A DNA stretch of 64,000 nucleotides from Patescibacteria group bacterium (GTDB lineage: Bacteria > Patescibacteriota > Microgenomatia > UBA1400 > UBA1449), in NCBI GenBank assembly GCA_050942955.1, contig JBMNOG010000006.1, positions 932 to 64,931 of the forward strand, written 5' to 3'. Position numbers and translations under genes: made by a program. The notes under the pieces were generated by a model that searched no databases, had not been told where the DNA came from, and was given only the letters and a program-made list of their open reading frames with translations. This document shows, piece after piece, positions 10,232 to 19,846 of this stretch. Each line of letters begins with the position of its first letter. The first letter of the stretch is position 1.

Positions 10232-11590
10232 TTAGTGTGAAGGAGAATACAAGAGACGGTGGCTGTTTTGGTGGACTGTCTTTTCCCAGGTATATTTACC
10301 TAGAGTAAGACGCACAAGCGCCCTTAGAGATGAAATAAAGAGCATTAGTTGGTACGGGAAAAATGTCAAAACAGTCGTTATAAAAACACCTAAAGGAAAG
10401 CGCAGGTTGTAGTACTTGCGAAGATCATACAATCCCAAGGCGTACATACCCAACTGCATTACTAAAAAGTACGCAGGCAGATATGAAAGTAACGCCAAAC
10501 CAACCGGAACCTGCAAAAATCTAGTCATAAGGGGTAGAAGCACCATAGCTACAAAACTGACATGCCTAAAAAGGGGTTGGGTTAGAATGTACAAACTCAG
10601 GTACTGCTGCTTTAGACTCTTAAACTTCAGCCACTGGCCTTTGAAAAGAATTTGTAAGTACCCGAAATCCCAACGGGAACGCTGCTTAATGAAAGCCAGT
10701 TCATCAACTGGAGTCTCTTCCAGAGTAGACAAATTTTCTTCGTATATAACACCAGTCTTAAAGTTGTGGTTAGATAGTCTGACCCCGATATCAGCATCTT
10801 CTGTTAGACACCCCTCGTCCCACTTCCCTACTGTTAGCAATGCCTCTTTTTTGATAAACACAGAGTTACCACCAAGGAAAGTAGTTTTATTTTTTGCCAT
10901 CATAGGCAGAACTGACTTGTACCAGAAGTAATACTCCAAACAGTTAATAGCTGAAAACCAGGTAGAGCCTACGTTAATAAGCTGGACCCCGGCCTGAACA
11001 ATACTAAGCTCGGTATCAGCAGCAAAAGCTTCAGATACGTGGGTTAAGATATCAGGATGAGGCTCGTCTTCAGCATCAAAGACAGCCACAATCTCGTGTT
11101 TAGCAAAGTGAGCGCCGATGTTTAAGCTGTAGGATTTAGTATTAGCTTCTCCGTCAATAGTAATGAGCCTGAAGTTATCGCGGTTTATTTGCGCTAATGC
11201 TTCTTCAGTTTTTGCAAGTGTTGCAGCATCATCTGCCCTTACTACTACCAAGACTTCATACATAGTTTTAGGGTATGAGATCCGGGACATAGCCTTAAGC
11301 GTGTCGGCAATAACTTTTTCCTCATTTCTGGCAGGAACAATCAGAGAAAACGTATAACTACCTTTTCCTGGCAAAATGTGTTTTTTGGCTTTAAGGCCTA
11401 ATAGTCTGCCGCTTTCTAAAAAGGTATATAACATTGAGTAGGTCGATAATGCTCCCTGACCGGTAAGAAGCAGTGTCAAAGCTAAAAGAATTGTGGATAT
11501 CAAAGGCAACTGAAACCAGACGGCCACGTAAAGGAAAAGGCTTAACGCCCAAAGAGGAAAGAATAGTAGTGCTAGTTTTTGTATATTCAT
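10232..11590 (-). CDS. Processive GT2 glycosyltransferase
   Basis: IVPARNEE, FDAED, LTEDAD and KQRSRW (QxxRW) motifs; N- and C-terminal TMs. Confidence 0.92.
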   Translation of the reverse strand: MNIQKLALLFFPLWALSLFLYVAVWFQLPLISTILLALTLLLTGQGALSTYSMLYTFLESGRLLGLKAKKHILPGKGSYTFSLIVPARNEEKVIADTLKAMSRISYPKTMYEVLVVVRADDAATLAKTEEALAQINRDNFRLITIDGEANTKSYSLNIGAHFAKHEIVAVFDAEDEPHPDILTHVSEAFAADTELSIVQAGVQLINVGSTWFSAINCLEYYFWYKSVLPMMAKNKTTFLGGNSVFIKKEALLTVGKWDEGCLTEDADIGVRLSNHNFKTGVIYEENLSTLEETPVDELAFIKQRSRWDFGYLQILFKGQWLKFKSLKQQYLSLYILTQPLFRHVSFVAMVLLPLMTRFLQVPVGLALLSYLPAYFLVMQLGMYALGLYDLRKYYNLRFPLGVFITTVLTFFPYQLMLFISSLRALVRLTLGKYTWEKTVHQNSHRLLYSPSH

Positions 11591-11789
11591 TACATTTTGG
11601 GCAGCTATGCAAAAGCTGCCCCTATGGTATTTTTTGCTTCCCTAAATCCTCAAATTTTAAGTTTAAGAACTTAGGAAAACGTGAGAAACCGAACCAAACC
11701 AAAGACATGAACAAATCAATACCCTAAGGTATCAATAGGTTCAAGCTATAGCTTGATCACGTTTGTTTTCCCTCATCTAAAAGATGAGA

Positions 11790-11834
11790 AGCAGGGCCCC
11801 GTTATTGGGGAGCGCCATTCGGCGGGGCCCTGCT
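11790..11834 (-). terminator. GC stem-loop after the orphan 384-aa gene
   Basis: AGCAGGGCCCC...GGGGCCCTGCT inverted repeat with a weak U-tract. Confidence 0.55.
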
Positions 11835-11865
11835 GTTAGACCGGGTGTTTCGCAGGTGACTTACG

Positions 11866-13020
11866 TCACTTGCGAAAAAGATGGATCAATTCCACCCGGT
11901 TGACCTCACGCTCAGTCTCGAGAACGTTCTTGACGTTGAGCCACCAGGGCGCGAACGCGAACGAGTCACGAGCCTGCGACAAGGTCATGTAGTCCGAAAC
12001 TGTGACCGTAGTGCCAGCCGGCTCACCTCTCCAGGGATCATCCCCAGGGAGGTCGTTCTCGTAGAGGACAAGGTTGTCCCCCTCAAGCTTGATCCAGGAT
12101 AGCTTCCAGAAGAAGTTACCGGGGATCTTATAGATCCTCCAGTCGGCTCCCGTCCAGACAGCGACGTATTGCACGCCATCGTTGGCGAGCTCGAACCCGG
12201 ACGGAAGGCTGTACGTGGTCTCGAACTTGGGCGAACGATCGAGCAAGAGCGCATAGGGGAACTGAAGGTTCAGTCCCTTTTTGAGCTCGTCGAGTTCGAC
12301 CGCGATCACGTACTCGATAGTGGCTGGGTAGCCGCTATCTACTTCCTTCTTGGCCTCGTCGACCTGCCTGCCTCCGAGGAGGTAGGCGACTGCGACACTC
12401 TCGGTCGTTTCGGTCTCCTCACCCACAGATGCGGGCTTGGGGGTAGACTGCGCCAGGGGATTGGCTTCGAGTGCAGTGATTCTGCGATCGAGAGAGTTAA
12501 GTCCCTCGTTCACATCCTCACGCATCCCCTGGATCGCTACAAGCACCGGATCAGGCGTAGGCGTACTCCCGTTGGTCCTAAGACCATTGGTTACAGCCTC
12601 GACCGAACCAGCCATCTGCCCCCACGGGACAATCCCGATGAGGACACAGATCAGGATGGCACCGATCACGGATAGAGAGATGGATGAAACCACTCTCCAG
12701 AACCGAGAAGGATACCATCCCCAGGGCCGCGACACAAAGAACAGAGCGATCGCACCACCGATGGCCAAGATGACTGCTAGGATGGTTAGCCATCTTGGCC
12801 ATATCACGAGCGCGGCGAGCGCGGCGAGTCCCCAAGCCAACAAACCGGCAGGGGCCAGACAGATAGTCATGAGCAGCAACCGTTTCCAGTTGCTATGGCT
12901 ACCATTCCCCAACCACGGCCATGGGTGCACACCACTGGCAAGAGTCCGCACGGCAAGATTCTGCCATGCGAATGCGGTTAGACCGAACAGTAGTACCACG
13001 GTGAACAACACGAGTTCCAT
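11866..13020 (-). CDS. Hypothetical GC-rich membrane protein (about 4 N-terminal TMs, coiled coil, soluble C-terminal domain)
   Basis: 384-aa ORF with strong SD (TAGGAGG); visibly higher GC than its neighbours; no family recognised. Confidence 0.75.
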   Translation of the reverse strand: MELVLFTVVLLFGLTAFAWQNLAVRTLASGVHPWPWLGNGSHSNWKRLLLMTICLAPAGLLAWGLAALAALVIWPRWLTILAVILAIGGAIALFFVSRPWGWYPSRFWRVVSSISLSVIGAILICVLIGIVPWGQMAGSVEAVTNGLRTNGSTPTPDPVLVAIQGMREDVNEGLNSLDRRITALEANPLAQSTPKPASVGEETETTESVAVAYLLGGRQVDEAKKEVDSGYPATIEYVIAVELDELKKGLNLQFPYALLLDRSPKFETTYSLPSGFELANDGVQYVAVWTGADWRIYKIPGNFFWKLSWIKLEGDNLVLYENDLPGDDPWRGEPAGTTVTVSDYMTLSQARDSFAFAPWWLNVKNVLETEREVNRVELIHLFRK

Positions 13021-13259
13021 GATTTGCCTCCTAAGGCAACTATATGCTCATCCTCTCAGCTCCCCATGAGTGAATGGCAATCGAAAACGGAATGTTTTTT
13101 CTCACTTTTATATGTAGCTTGTTTAGTTGGATAAGCTAATGAGTAAAATAAATACACTTCCGTTTCCCGTTGCCACCCACACGCAGGAAGCATTAAAGGT
13201 TTGGAGGCTTTTTGGAAAACAATTTGTTGCATTGCAAATTGCAATGCACGGTTTCTCAC

Positions 13260-13290
13260 TTGTTAAAGAGCCTCCTGGCTATTGCCAGGA
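13260..13290 (-). promoter_or_regulatory. boxB-like hairpin plus boxA antitermination motif
   Basis: - strand reads TCCTGGC-AATA-GCCAGGA-G-GCTCTTTAACAA; the last 12 nt match the E. coli rrn boxA core. Confidence 0.6.
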
Positions 13291-13498
13291 ACTCTTAACC
13301 CCGTATTTTTGCGAAAGCGAACACAGCGTATGTGTGAGCGCTTCGAAAAATATATGTGGGTTAAAGAGCGCAGAGTTCTTTATTTCAAGCGCGCGTTGCG
13401 CTTACAAAAAACGCTGCCCATTCTCCCAACGTTTGTCGGGAGAGGCCAAGGGAAAACCCAGCTGGGCTTGCTTTAGTATTCCCCTTGCCTCTTCCAAC

Positions 13499-13531
13499 AA
13501 AAAAAAGGCGGCTGCTTTAGCAGGTGCCTTT
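13499..13531 (-). terminator. Terminator-like hairpin inside the long leader
   Basis: - strand AAAGGCACCTGCTAAAGCAGCCGCC followed by a long T run. Confidence 0.55.
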
Positions 13532-13581
13532 ACCTTTATTTCAAACGTATTTTTTATTCCTGTCCTACTAAAGCTGCGCGT

Positions 13582-13610
13582 ACTATAGCACATGTTATAG
13601 GACTTGTCAA
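13582..13610 (-). promoter_or_regulatory. Near-consensus sigma70 promoter
   Basis: TTGACA-agtcctataacatgtgc (17 nt)-TATAGT with an extended TG. Confidence 0.75.
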
Positions 13611-13648
13611 ATTATAGGATAACTGAGAAAGATGTAAGCTATTATGCT

Positions 13649-15124
13649 CTATTTATAGAAGTAAATATCATCAAGATATATAGTCATTATAGGATTATTA
13701 CTATTATTACCCACTAACACCCCTTTTACTTTATGTATACTTTCCAAGCCAAAGTTAGCGAGCGGCACAGCAACTGTAGTCCATGTAGTTTCTGGATTTT
13801 TGTCAGACAGGTAGTCAGAAAGCTGCAATTCACTGGACATAGTGTCAATATCAGTCTTAAGGCGAATATTGAGCATATCTATAGCTTCTTTATTTACTCT
13901 TAAACAAATTCCTGCAAACTGAGTTACATCCGCAGCTTTGTCGGTCTGCAGAAAAACTGCACCCTTTGGTTTCATTTCAGCTTTTATAACCTTATTCTCT
14001 TGCCCGGCTATAAACTGAAGATCAATCTCACTTTCCCAACTGTAATCCAGGAAGCCGTTCTCCAAAAAATCGGAATAAATATATAGTTCTTGGTCACTAC
14101 TAGAAAAACTTTGACCAGCTCCTTTGGGAATTTTCTGTTTGGATAATAAGGCATTTTGTACAATCTTTCCGTACGAGCTAGGGATAAACTGTTTTTCATC
14201 AGCTAAAAGGCAGGGGCATCCCTGGGCAGAAAAGTTCCAGGCAGTCCAGCCAATTCCTTCTTCCTGGGCATAGGCAATGAGGTCAGTAACTGACTCTTCT
14301 GACATAGGTGGATAACCGCCAGCTCCAAATTCTCCTAAAAACACCGGGTACTCCTGGGCAATAAGACCAAACAAGCCTTCAAACTCTCCTGATTTATTGT
14401 AAGGGTTTGACCGGTAGACAATGTTTTTGTATGGAAGAGGGTCTTCCAACCAGGGATTAATGAACCTTCCCCATCCAAGGCCGCTGACAAAAATAAGCGA
14501 ACGGGGGTTTTCTGCCCTCACTACCTCAATAAGCTGAATGTAGGCTTCTCTTAGCTGTTGCATAGTAACTCCCCGCGGCTCTGCCAGTAAGTCATAGAGG
14601 ATTAGGGGGTCATCTTTGTAACGCCTGGCAATCGCCGCCCACATAGCAACTGTCCCTTGGTCCGGCATAGGCTGGTTATCGTGAATCCAAGGGTGGAGAA
14701 TCACATAAACACCTTGCTTCCGGACAGGTTCGATAATTTCCCTTTCCATTTTGTCAAAAAAAGCTTCTGGATCTTCTTCAAATTCATCCTGAAAAACTCG
14801 GGTTCTGATAACATTAGCCTTCCACTGGGTAATAGCATAGGTAACCGCTTTACTGTTCCAATTATCCGTTCCCCAGTTAATGCTACTAACATTTACCCCT
14901 CTAAGCAACACCATATCTCCTGTTTCGTTAGTGATAAAAGGTCCACTGGTAGAGAGCCACTGCACTGGCGGTGGCCCCAGCTTAAGTGCTTTTTCTACAG
15001 GATTGGTAATCTTTTGGTTTACTATTCTTTGCCACACGTGAGAGCTACCGATTTTATAGATAAAAGGAGATACAAGAATTATTAGAGAAATGACAATTAA
15101 TAGATTAGACCGAAAACGGCGCAT
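13649..15124 (-). CDS. GH5 (cellulase family) glycoside hydrolase with C-terminal CBM-like domain
   Basis: LRGVN, ANVIR, YDLLAEP acid/base, VFLGEFG nucleophile, GWTAWNF; C-terminal IYLDDI beta-sandwich; N-terminal TM. Confidence 0.85.
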   Translation of the reverse strand: MRRFRSNLLIVISLIILVSPFIYKIGSSHVWQRIVNQKITNPVEKALKLGPPPVQWLSTSGPFITNETGDMVLLRGVNVSSINWGTDNWNSKAVTYAITQWKANVIRTRVFQDEFEEDPEAFFDKMEREIIEPVRKQGVYVILHPWIHDNQPMPDQGTVAMWAAIARRYKDDPLILYDLLAEPRGVTMQQLREAYIQLIEVVRAENPRSLIFVSGLGWGRFINPWLEDPLPYKNIVYRSNPYNKSGEFEGLFGLIAQEYPVFLGEFGAGGYPPMSEESVTDLIAYAQEEGIGWTAWNFSAQGCPCLLADEKQFIPSSYGKIVQNALLSKQKIPKGAGQSFSSSDQELYIYSDFLENGFLDYSWESEIDLQFIAGQENKVIKAEMKPKGAVFLQTDKAADVTQFAGICLRVNKEAIDMLNIRLKTDIDTMSSELQLSDYLSDKNPETTWTTVAVPLANFGLESIHKVKGVLVGNNSNNPIMTIYLDDIYFYK

Positions 15125-15135
15125 ACGTACTCCAA

Positions 15136-16464
15136 CTAATGTTTTCGCCTGAGAAATAAGGCTTTGACTCCATTATAAATTGATTCTCCACTCTTTACTA
15201 ACCCGTAAGCTTCAACTATTCCAATAAGAGGAATGATCGGCAAAAAGTAGCGGTCAAACGCCACTGTTAGGTATAAGGCTAAAAACAGAACAGTCCCCGC
15301 AAACCACCAGAGAAAGTAAAGGCTTTTCTTCTCTCTTTTAAGGACTTGGATTAGCAAAAAGCTACTGCCTAAAATAAACAGTAGCACATCAATACCATCT
15401 GGTAGCCAGGGTAAAAACCTCTGGTTATGGTTAGCAGGAAGCAGAGTTTCCTCGGCTATTCCCAAAATACGGTCAAAGGGTGATGTATAGGCTAGGCTAG
15501 GTACACTTTGCTGCATATTTAAAGCAACCTGGCTACGCCAGGAAAGCATTTTGAGCGTGTTTTGGATTGGATTTTCCCAGACAAAAGGATTTAAAGCTGT
15601 AAAAACAATAAAAGCCGTAAGGTACATCACCAAAATAGGGACAAAAGCCTCCTTTACTATTTTGGAATTCCTTTTTCTTTGAAACCACGGGATAGCAAGC
15701 ATCCAGATAGAGCCTAGTATTGCTGTCATAGCAGCGTTAAGTTTAATACTGGTAGCACAACCAATCCATATGCCTAAAAATGTACTAAAACTGATAGTAA
15801 TCCAGAAATTTTTTCTAGGCTTATTTGCAAAAAAGGCAAAAAGGAGGAAGTTTATCATCATAAAAAAGATAAGCATACTGTCAGCCATAGCTTGCCTTCC
15901 CCCACTCTGAAGCAACCGGTGCTGGGCAAGCAAAAGAAAGCTGGCAAACCCTGTTACATACCCTCCTACATAGTTACCCATAAAAAAAATAGCTACTAAC
16001 AGAGCAAGGGTAAAAACTACCCCAAAGTATCGATTAATAACAATCACCTTATAAGCGTCTTGGTATTTCTCAGGAATAAATTGGTATTGAGGAGTGTGAG
16101 CCTGGTATTTTACCCACCATTGACTGGGAGAGTACTCTGAAAATAAAGAGTATGAGGCTAAATTCTCCTGAAAACCGGTTTCTGCAAAGACTTGTTGAGG
16201 ACTTTTCTGATAATAAAGAGACGTCCAGGCACCGTAAAGATATTCTCCTAGTTTTGGCTGATCATATGAGTGATAGCTTTTCCAAGCAGTATGAGAGAAA
16301 TCTTTCTCGAGGAAATACTTCTGAAAGAAGATGCCCCCTCTTTCAATCCAGGCATACTCGTCTTCATGAAGCGATTGATTAGGAAGATCTTGATAATACA
16401 CAAAAGCAACAACCGTAAAACAGAGAATAAACAGCAGGGTTTTAGCAATAGTAGGCCAACGCAT
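15136..16464 (-). CDS. GT-C fold (PMT/ArnT-like) membrane glycosyltransferase
   Basis: HEDE, YDQPKLG, AMAD, SIKL and DRYFLP motifs; many TMs. Confidence 0.75.
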   Translation of the reverse strand: MRWPTIAKTLLFILCFTVVAFVYYQDLPNQSLHEDEYAWIERGGIFFQKYFLEKDFSHTAWKSYHSYDQPKLGEYLYGAWTSLYYQKSPQQVFAETGFQENLASYSLFSEYSPSQWWVKYQAHTPQYQFIPEKYQDAYKVIVINRYFGVVFTLALLVAIFFMGNYVGGYVTGFASFLLLAQHRLLQSGGRQAMADSMLIFFMMINFLLFAFFANKPRKNFWITISFSTFLGIWIGCATSIKLNAAMTAILGSIWMLAIPWFQRKRNSKIVKEAFVPILVMYLTAFIVFTALNPFVWENPIQNTLKMLSWRSQVALNMQQSVPSLAYTSPFDRILGIAEETLLPANHNQRFLPWLPDGIDVLLFILGSSFLLIQVLKREKKSLYFLWWFAGTVLFLALYLTVAFDRYFLPIIPLIGIVEAYGLVKSGESIYNGVKALFLRRKH

Positions 16465-16503
16465 ACTTAAACTATAGCCTATTTTTACCTATAGAGGAAA
16501 GTT

Positions 16504-19500
16504 CTACAAAATTGAAACCTGCTTTCTCTTAAGAAACAACATTACCCCACCCCATCCAAAAAGCAATCCAAACCCAAAATATTCAAGCAGTTGCGGCCAG
16601 AAGAAAAAGTAAGCCTTGGTGGCACCCGTGGGTAACTTCCAGCCATTGGCCCAGTTATTGATCTTAAGATGGGTTAGTGTTCTTGGAAAAAAACTGACTT
16701 TCCCCACCCCTATCCAGCCCGGATTATATGCCTGGTAAAGGACAGCTGTAGTTTCCTTCCTGAGTGTGTTTTCCAGAGCCACTCCATAAAACCAAGGGGT
16801 ATAGTGCTTTACTGAAAAGCCAGTAACTGGTTTAGCTCGGGGTATATCGTTTTTTGTCACCAGTTTCAGGCTTTTTATGAAATTGTAAGGAAACGACCAA
16901 ATTGTCAAATTTCTAAGCCTGTTACGACTCTCTTCCCTCCCATATGAAACAGAATCAAGGTAAACAGTGTATCCTTCCCCTAGGTCGTTAGATGGAAGCA
17001 GAACAAGCCAGTTACTGGCGTAGCGTCTACTACTACCTAGAGTTGTTTCCAGCTCAGTTCTGTCTGTAATTGGGTTTTGCAAGCCGACTTTAAAGGGTAA
17101 ACCTGAAAAGTTGTTAGTTTCCAGCTTTATTAAATAACCCTGATTGTGAGGAGTGTTATCGAGATAGAAATAGTCACAGGCAGAGGCCCTGTTGCTTGCC
17201 CAGTATTCGATAACCTCTCTCCCCTGATCTACCAACAGCTTTCTCTCATATAAACCAGATGAGTTGCGGCAGTTTCTGGGGGGCTGGGTTTTGAAGCTGT
17301 CGATTTCTATAAGATTGGTACCAAACAGAGCAGAAACAACTTTGGGTAAAATAATTGAAACAGAGGTAGAACTAGAACCTCCTCGATTAGAAGACTTCGT
17401 ATACTCAAAATCTTGTCTGATTAGTTGGGGATCTACTTCTATCTTACTAACGTAGCTGCTAGGATCTTCTGAATATAATCCTATAACAGTGGTGGTGTCA
17501 CTAGGAAAAAGAGTGAATATCTCCTCATATCGGTTAATATCTACCCCTTCACCACCGTTAGTGCTCAGGTAACAGAGATTAGAACAGGTTTCTTTTGACA
17601 GAGTAATCCTTTGGGTAGGTTTGGCTTCATATATCTGGTTTCCAACTGTAACTTGGGGCAGAAGATATGTGAGAGTCAGTTCAAGCATCCGGGAAGGCAT
17701 TTTCTGCCAGGAAATTTTTACAGGTACCTGTTTTTCTAGATTAAGAATATTGGGAATATCTACCTCGTATGTTTCTGGTACGTTCTTGATGGAATTTTTG
17801 ATAGCAACAGTGTCTTTTTCCTCTGTAAGGTCGAACTCCTTATCGTTTTGGAGGTGGTTGGTAAATAAAGATGGAAAAAGGTACGTTACCTCACTGTTCT
17901 TACCTGAATCGCTGAACTGATACAGGCCATAATCTCTAAACCCCTGGTCTTCCCAGGAAAAACGGAAGTCATATGCAATATTTGGTACATCTGTATAAAG
18001 GCTAACAAAATTTTGGGTTTCAGGCTGATTTACTCTGTAAAGCCATAAAAATCCAAACTGTCTAGCTAAAACTAAGCCTGGAGCCTCTTCAAGAAACTGG
18101 CGCAACTCCTCATGGCTGCCCTCTTTTGAGGAGTAGCGGTTAGTAACAGAGGTATCAAGGAGCACCCAACCGATGTTGTACTTGGCAAAAATTGCCCCCA
18201 GGGCTTCATGGGAGCCATCGTTAAGTGCAGTTTTCAGTTCCCAGTAGTATTGCTCATTTTCCCTGCTCCAAGGGTCAAAAGTCCTATCTAAGATGGGTTG
18301 CTCAATGCCATACCATAAAAACCCAGACCCCCTGTACCCTCCCCCATAAGACTTAGGCCAGTTATGCCACTGCCACCCCCAGAAAGACGTCTGGGGAAAG
18401 TTGGCAATTCGGGTTTGCTTATCCTGGGTTTTTAGGTAAGCAAACAAGTCAAAGTATTCCTGGGGTACGTGCTGTTTTACTCTTGTATAAATCAGTTGCC
18501 CTTCAAATATGGGTAAAGCTAGAAGCACCAGTCCTCCAATAGCAGCTGCCAGCAGTCCCCAAGCTAGTAGAAGACTTTTTCCTTTGAGGTAAAACCATTC
18601 CATCACCCAGAACACACCAAAACCTACAAAAATTGAGTAGCTGAAACTGGCAGGAACCACCCACTTTGTAAATAGCGACCTGAATATCTGTGAAAAAAGC
18701 GGGATAACCTGAAGAAGTCTAACAATAAACCCTGTAGGCGGGTTTTCTCCTATAAGCATTACAAAGGAAACTATGAGAATGCTTAACAGACTCCATCTCC
18801 AGAGTAAATTGCTTCTAAAACTGTAGATAACTCCCAGAATTACGAAAGTAAAGAAAAGATAACCAAAAGCTAAAGGAATGGGGTTTTGTAAGTGCTGTCT
18901 CCAGGGTTGAACTAGATACACTAACTGGTCTTCTTCATTAAAGTCGGGGTAATCAAACCAGAAACCTCTCAAAAGCGCTACATCCACAAATCTTCCAAAG
19001 GCATTGTTCCGCAGCCTTGTTTCTTCTGTTGAGAGCTGGTTTATCTTAGCTTGCTTAGTAACTGAAGCACTTGTAAACGTAAAAAACACTACCGGAAAGA
19101 GCCAGAAAGCATTAACCGCTAGAAGTGTTACTAGTGCATCAAAAACGATTTTGAGGTGCGTTTGAACTGCCGACTTGTGGCTGCTGATATTTTTCAAGAG
19201 GTAATCGACCAGAAAAACAGTTACTACTACTGCATACACGATAAAAACAGTCTGAACGTAAAAAGAAGGGGTCATGAGAAAGCCAACTAGCCCAAACAAG
19301 GTCAGGTTCTTCAGTTTCCTCCTCTCAAGGTAACGCCTAAGGGAATATATTCCCCAAGGCAAAAATCCAAAGAACGTAGAAAATGGCTCAAAAGGGACGT
19401 AAAAGTTCTGAACTGTCCCCAAGTTAAGAAAGTAGAACAGCGCCCCTACCAAGCCCGCCCACTTTCCAAAAAACTTGTTTTTAAGAAAAGAAGATAGCAG

Positions 19501-19833
19501 GAAAAATATTCCCAGAGAACCAAGAAGGAGCATTCCCAGATGCCAAGCGTAACGCAGAACCGAAACTGGAAACAGTAGGCTCATACCCCAAAGAATAAGC
19601 TGGCGGACAAGGTCAGCCGCGTGCCCCATACCGCCTAAAAGCCCCACACCCTGATACTCCTGCCAGACAGCATGTAAAGAGCGGCTCAGGTTAAGAGGAA
19701 AATTAAACTCAGGATGGAGATTGTCCCAACCAGTAAGGAAAGTTCCCGGAGTGTAATTTGCAACTACAACTATAAACCACACCAGTAAAAGCAGTATCAG
19801 CGGGACATGACTTTTAATTTTAGAGAAAAACAT
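16504..19833 (-). CDS. Large polytopic membrane protein (AftD/YfhO-like GT-C) with extracellular domain
   Basis: 1109 aa; GWDNLHPEFN N-terminus, about 13 TMs, QAYNPGW...INNWANGW C-terminal signature and a final TM. Confidence 0.7.
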   Translation of the reverse strand: MFFSKIKSHVPLILLLLVWFIVVVANYTPGTFLTGWDNLHPEFNFPLNLSRSLHAVWQEYQGVGLLGGMGHAADLVRQLILWGMSLLFPVSVLRYAWHLGMLLLGSLGIFFLLSSFLKNKFFGKWAGLVGALFYFLNLGTVQNFYVPFEPFSTFFGFLPWGIYSLRRYLERRKLKNLTLFGLVGFLMTPSFYVQTVFIVYAVVVTVFLVDYLLKNISSHKSAVQTHLKIVFDALVTLLAVNAFWLFPVVFFTFTSASVTKQAKINQLSTEETRLRNNAFGRFVDVALLRGFWFDYPDFNEEDQLVYLVQPWRQHLQNPIPLAFGYLFFTFVILGVIYSFRSNLLWRWSLLSILIVSFVMLIGENPPTGFIVRLLQVIPLFSQIFRSLFTKWVVPASFSYSIFVGFGVFWVMEWFYLKGKSLLLAWGLLAAAIGGLVLLALPIFEGQLIYTRVKQHVPQEYFDLFAYLKTQDKQTRIANFPQTSFWGWQWHNWPKSYGGGYRGSGFLWYGIEQPILDRTFDPWSRENEQYYWELKTALNDGSHEALGAIFAKYNIGWVLLDTSVTNRYSSKEGSHEELRQFLEEAPGLVLARQFGFLWLYRVNQPETQNFVSLYTDVPNIAYDFRFSWEDQGFRDYGLYQFSDSGKNSEVTYLFPSLFTNHLQNDKEFDLTEEKDTVAIKNSIKNVPETYEVDIPNILNLEKQVPVKISWQKMPSRMLELTLTYLLPQVTVGNQIYEAKPTQRITLSKETCSNLCYLSTNGGEGVDINRYEEIFTLFPSDTTTVIGLYSEDPSSYVSKIEVDPQLIRQDFEYTKSSNRGGSSSTSVSIILPKVVSALFGTNLIEIDSFKTQPPRNCRNSSGLYERKLLVDQGREVIEYWASNRASACDYFYLDNTPHNQGYLIKLETNNFSGLPFKVGLQNPITDRTELETTLGSSRRYASNWLVLLPSNDLGEGYTVYLDSVSYGREESRNRLRNLTIWSFPYNFIKSLKLVTKNDIPRAKPVTGFSVKHYTPWFYGVALENTLRKETTAVLYQAYNPGWIGVGKVSFFPRTLTHLKINNWANGWKLPTGATKAYFFFWPQLLEYFGFGLLFGWGGVMLFLKRKQVSIL

Positions 19834-19846
19834 GTTAAAGCCTAGT

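Noticed and set aside
11775-11845. Possible integron attC after the GC-rich orphan gene (GTCTAAC core)
   Set aside because: There is no matching GTTRRRY at a symmetric distance, no second similar site and no integrase.
11881-13588. Long alternative-frame ORFs overlapping the GC-rich gene and its leader
   Set aside because: They are expected shadows of high-GC, stop-poor sequence, with no SD or protein-like features.
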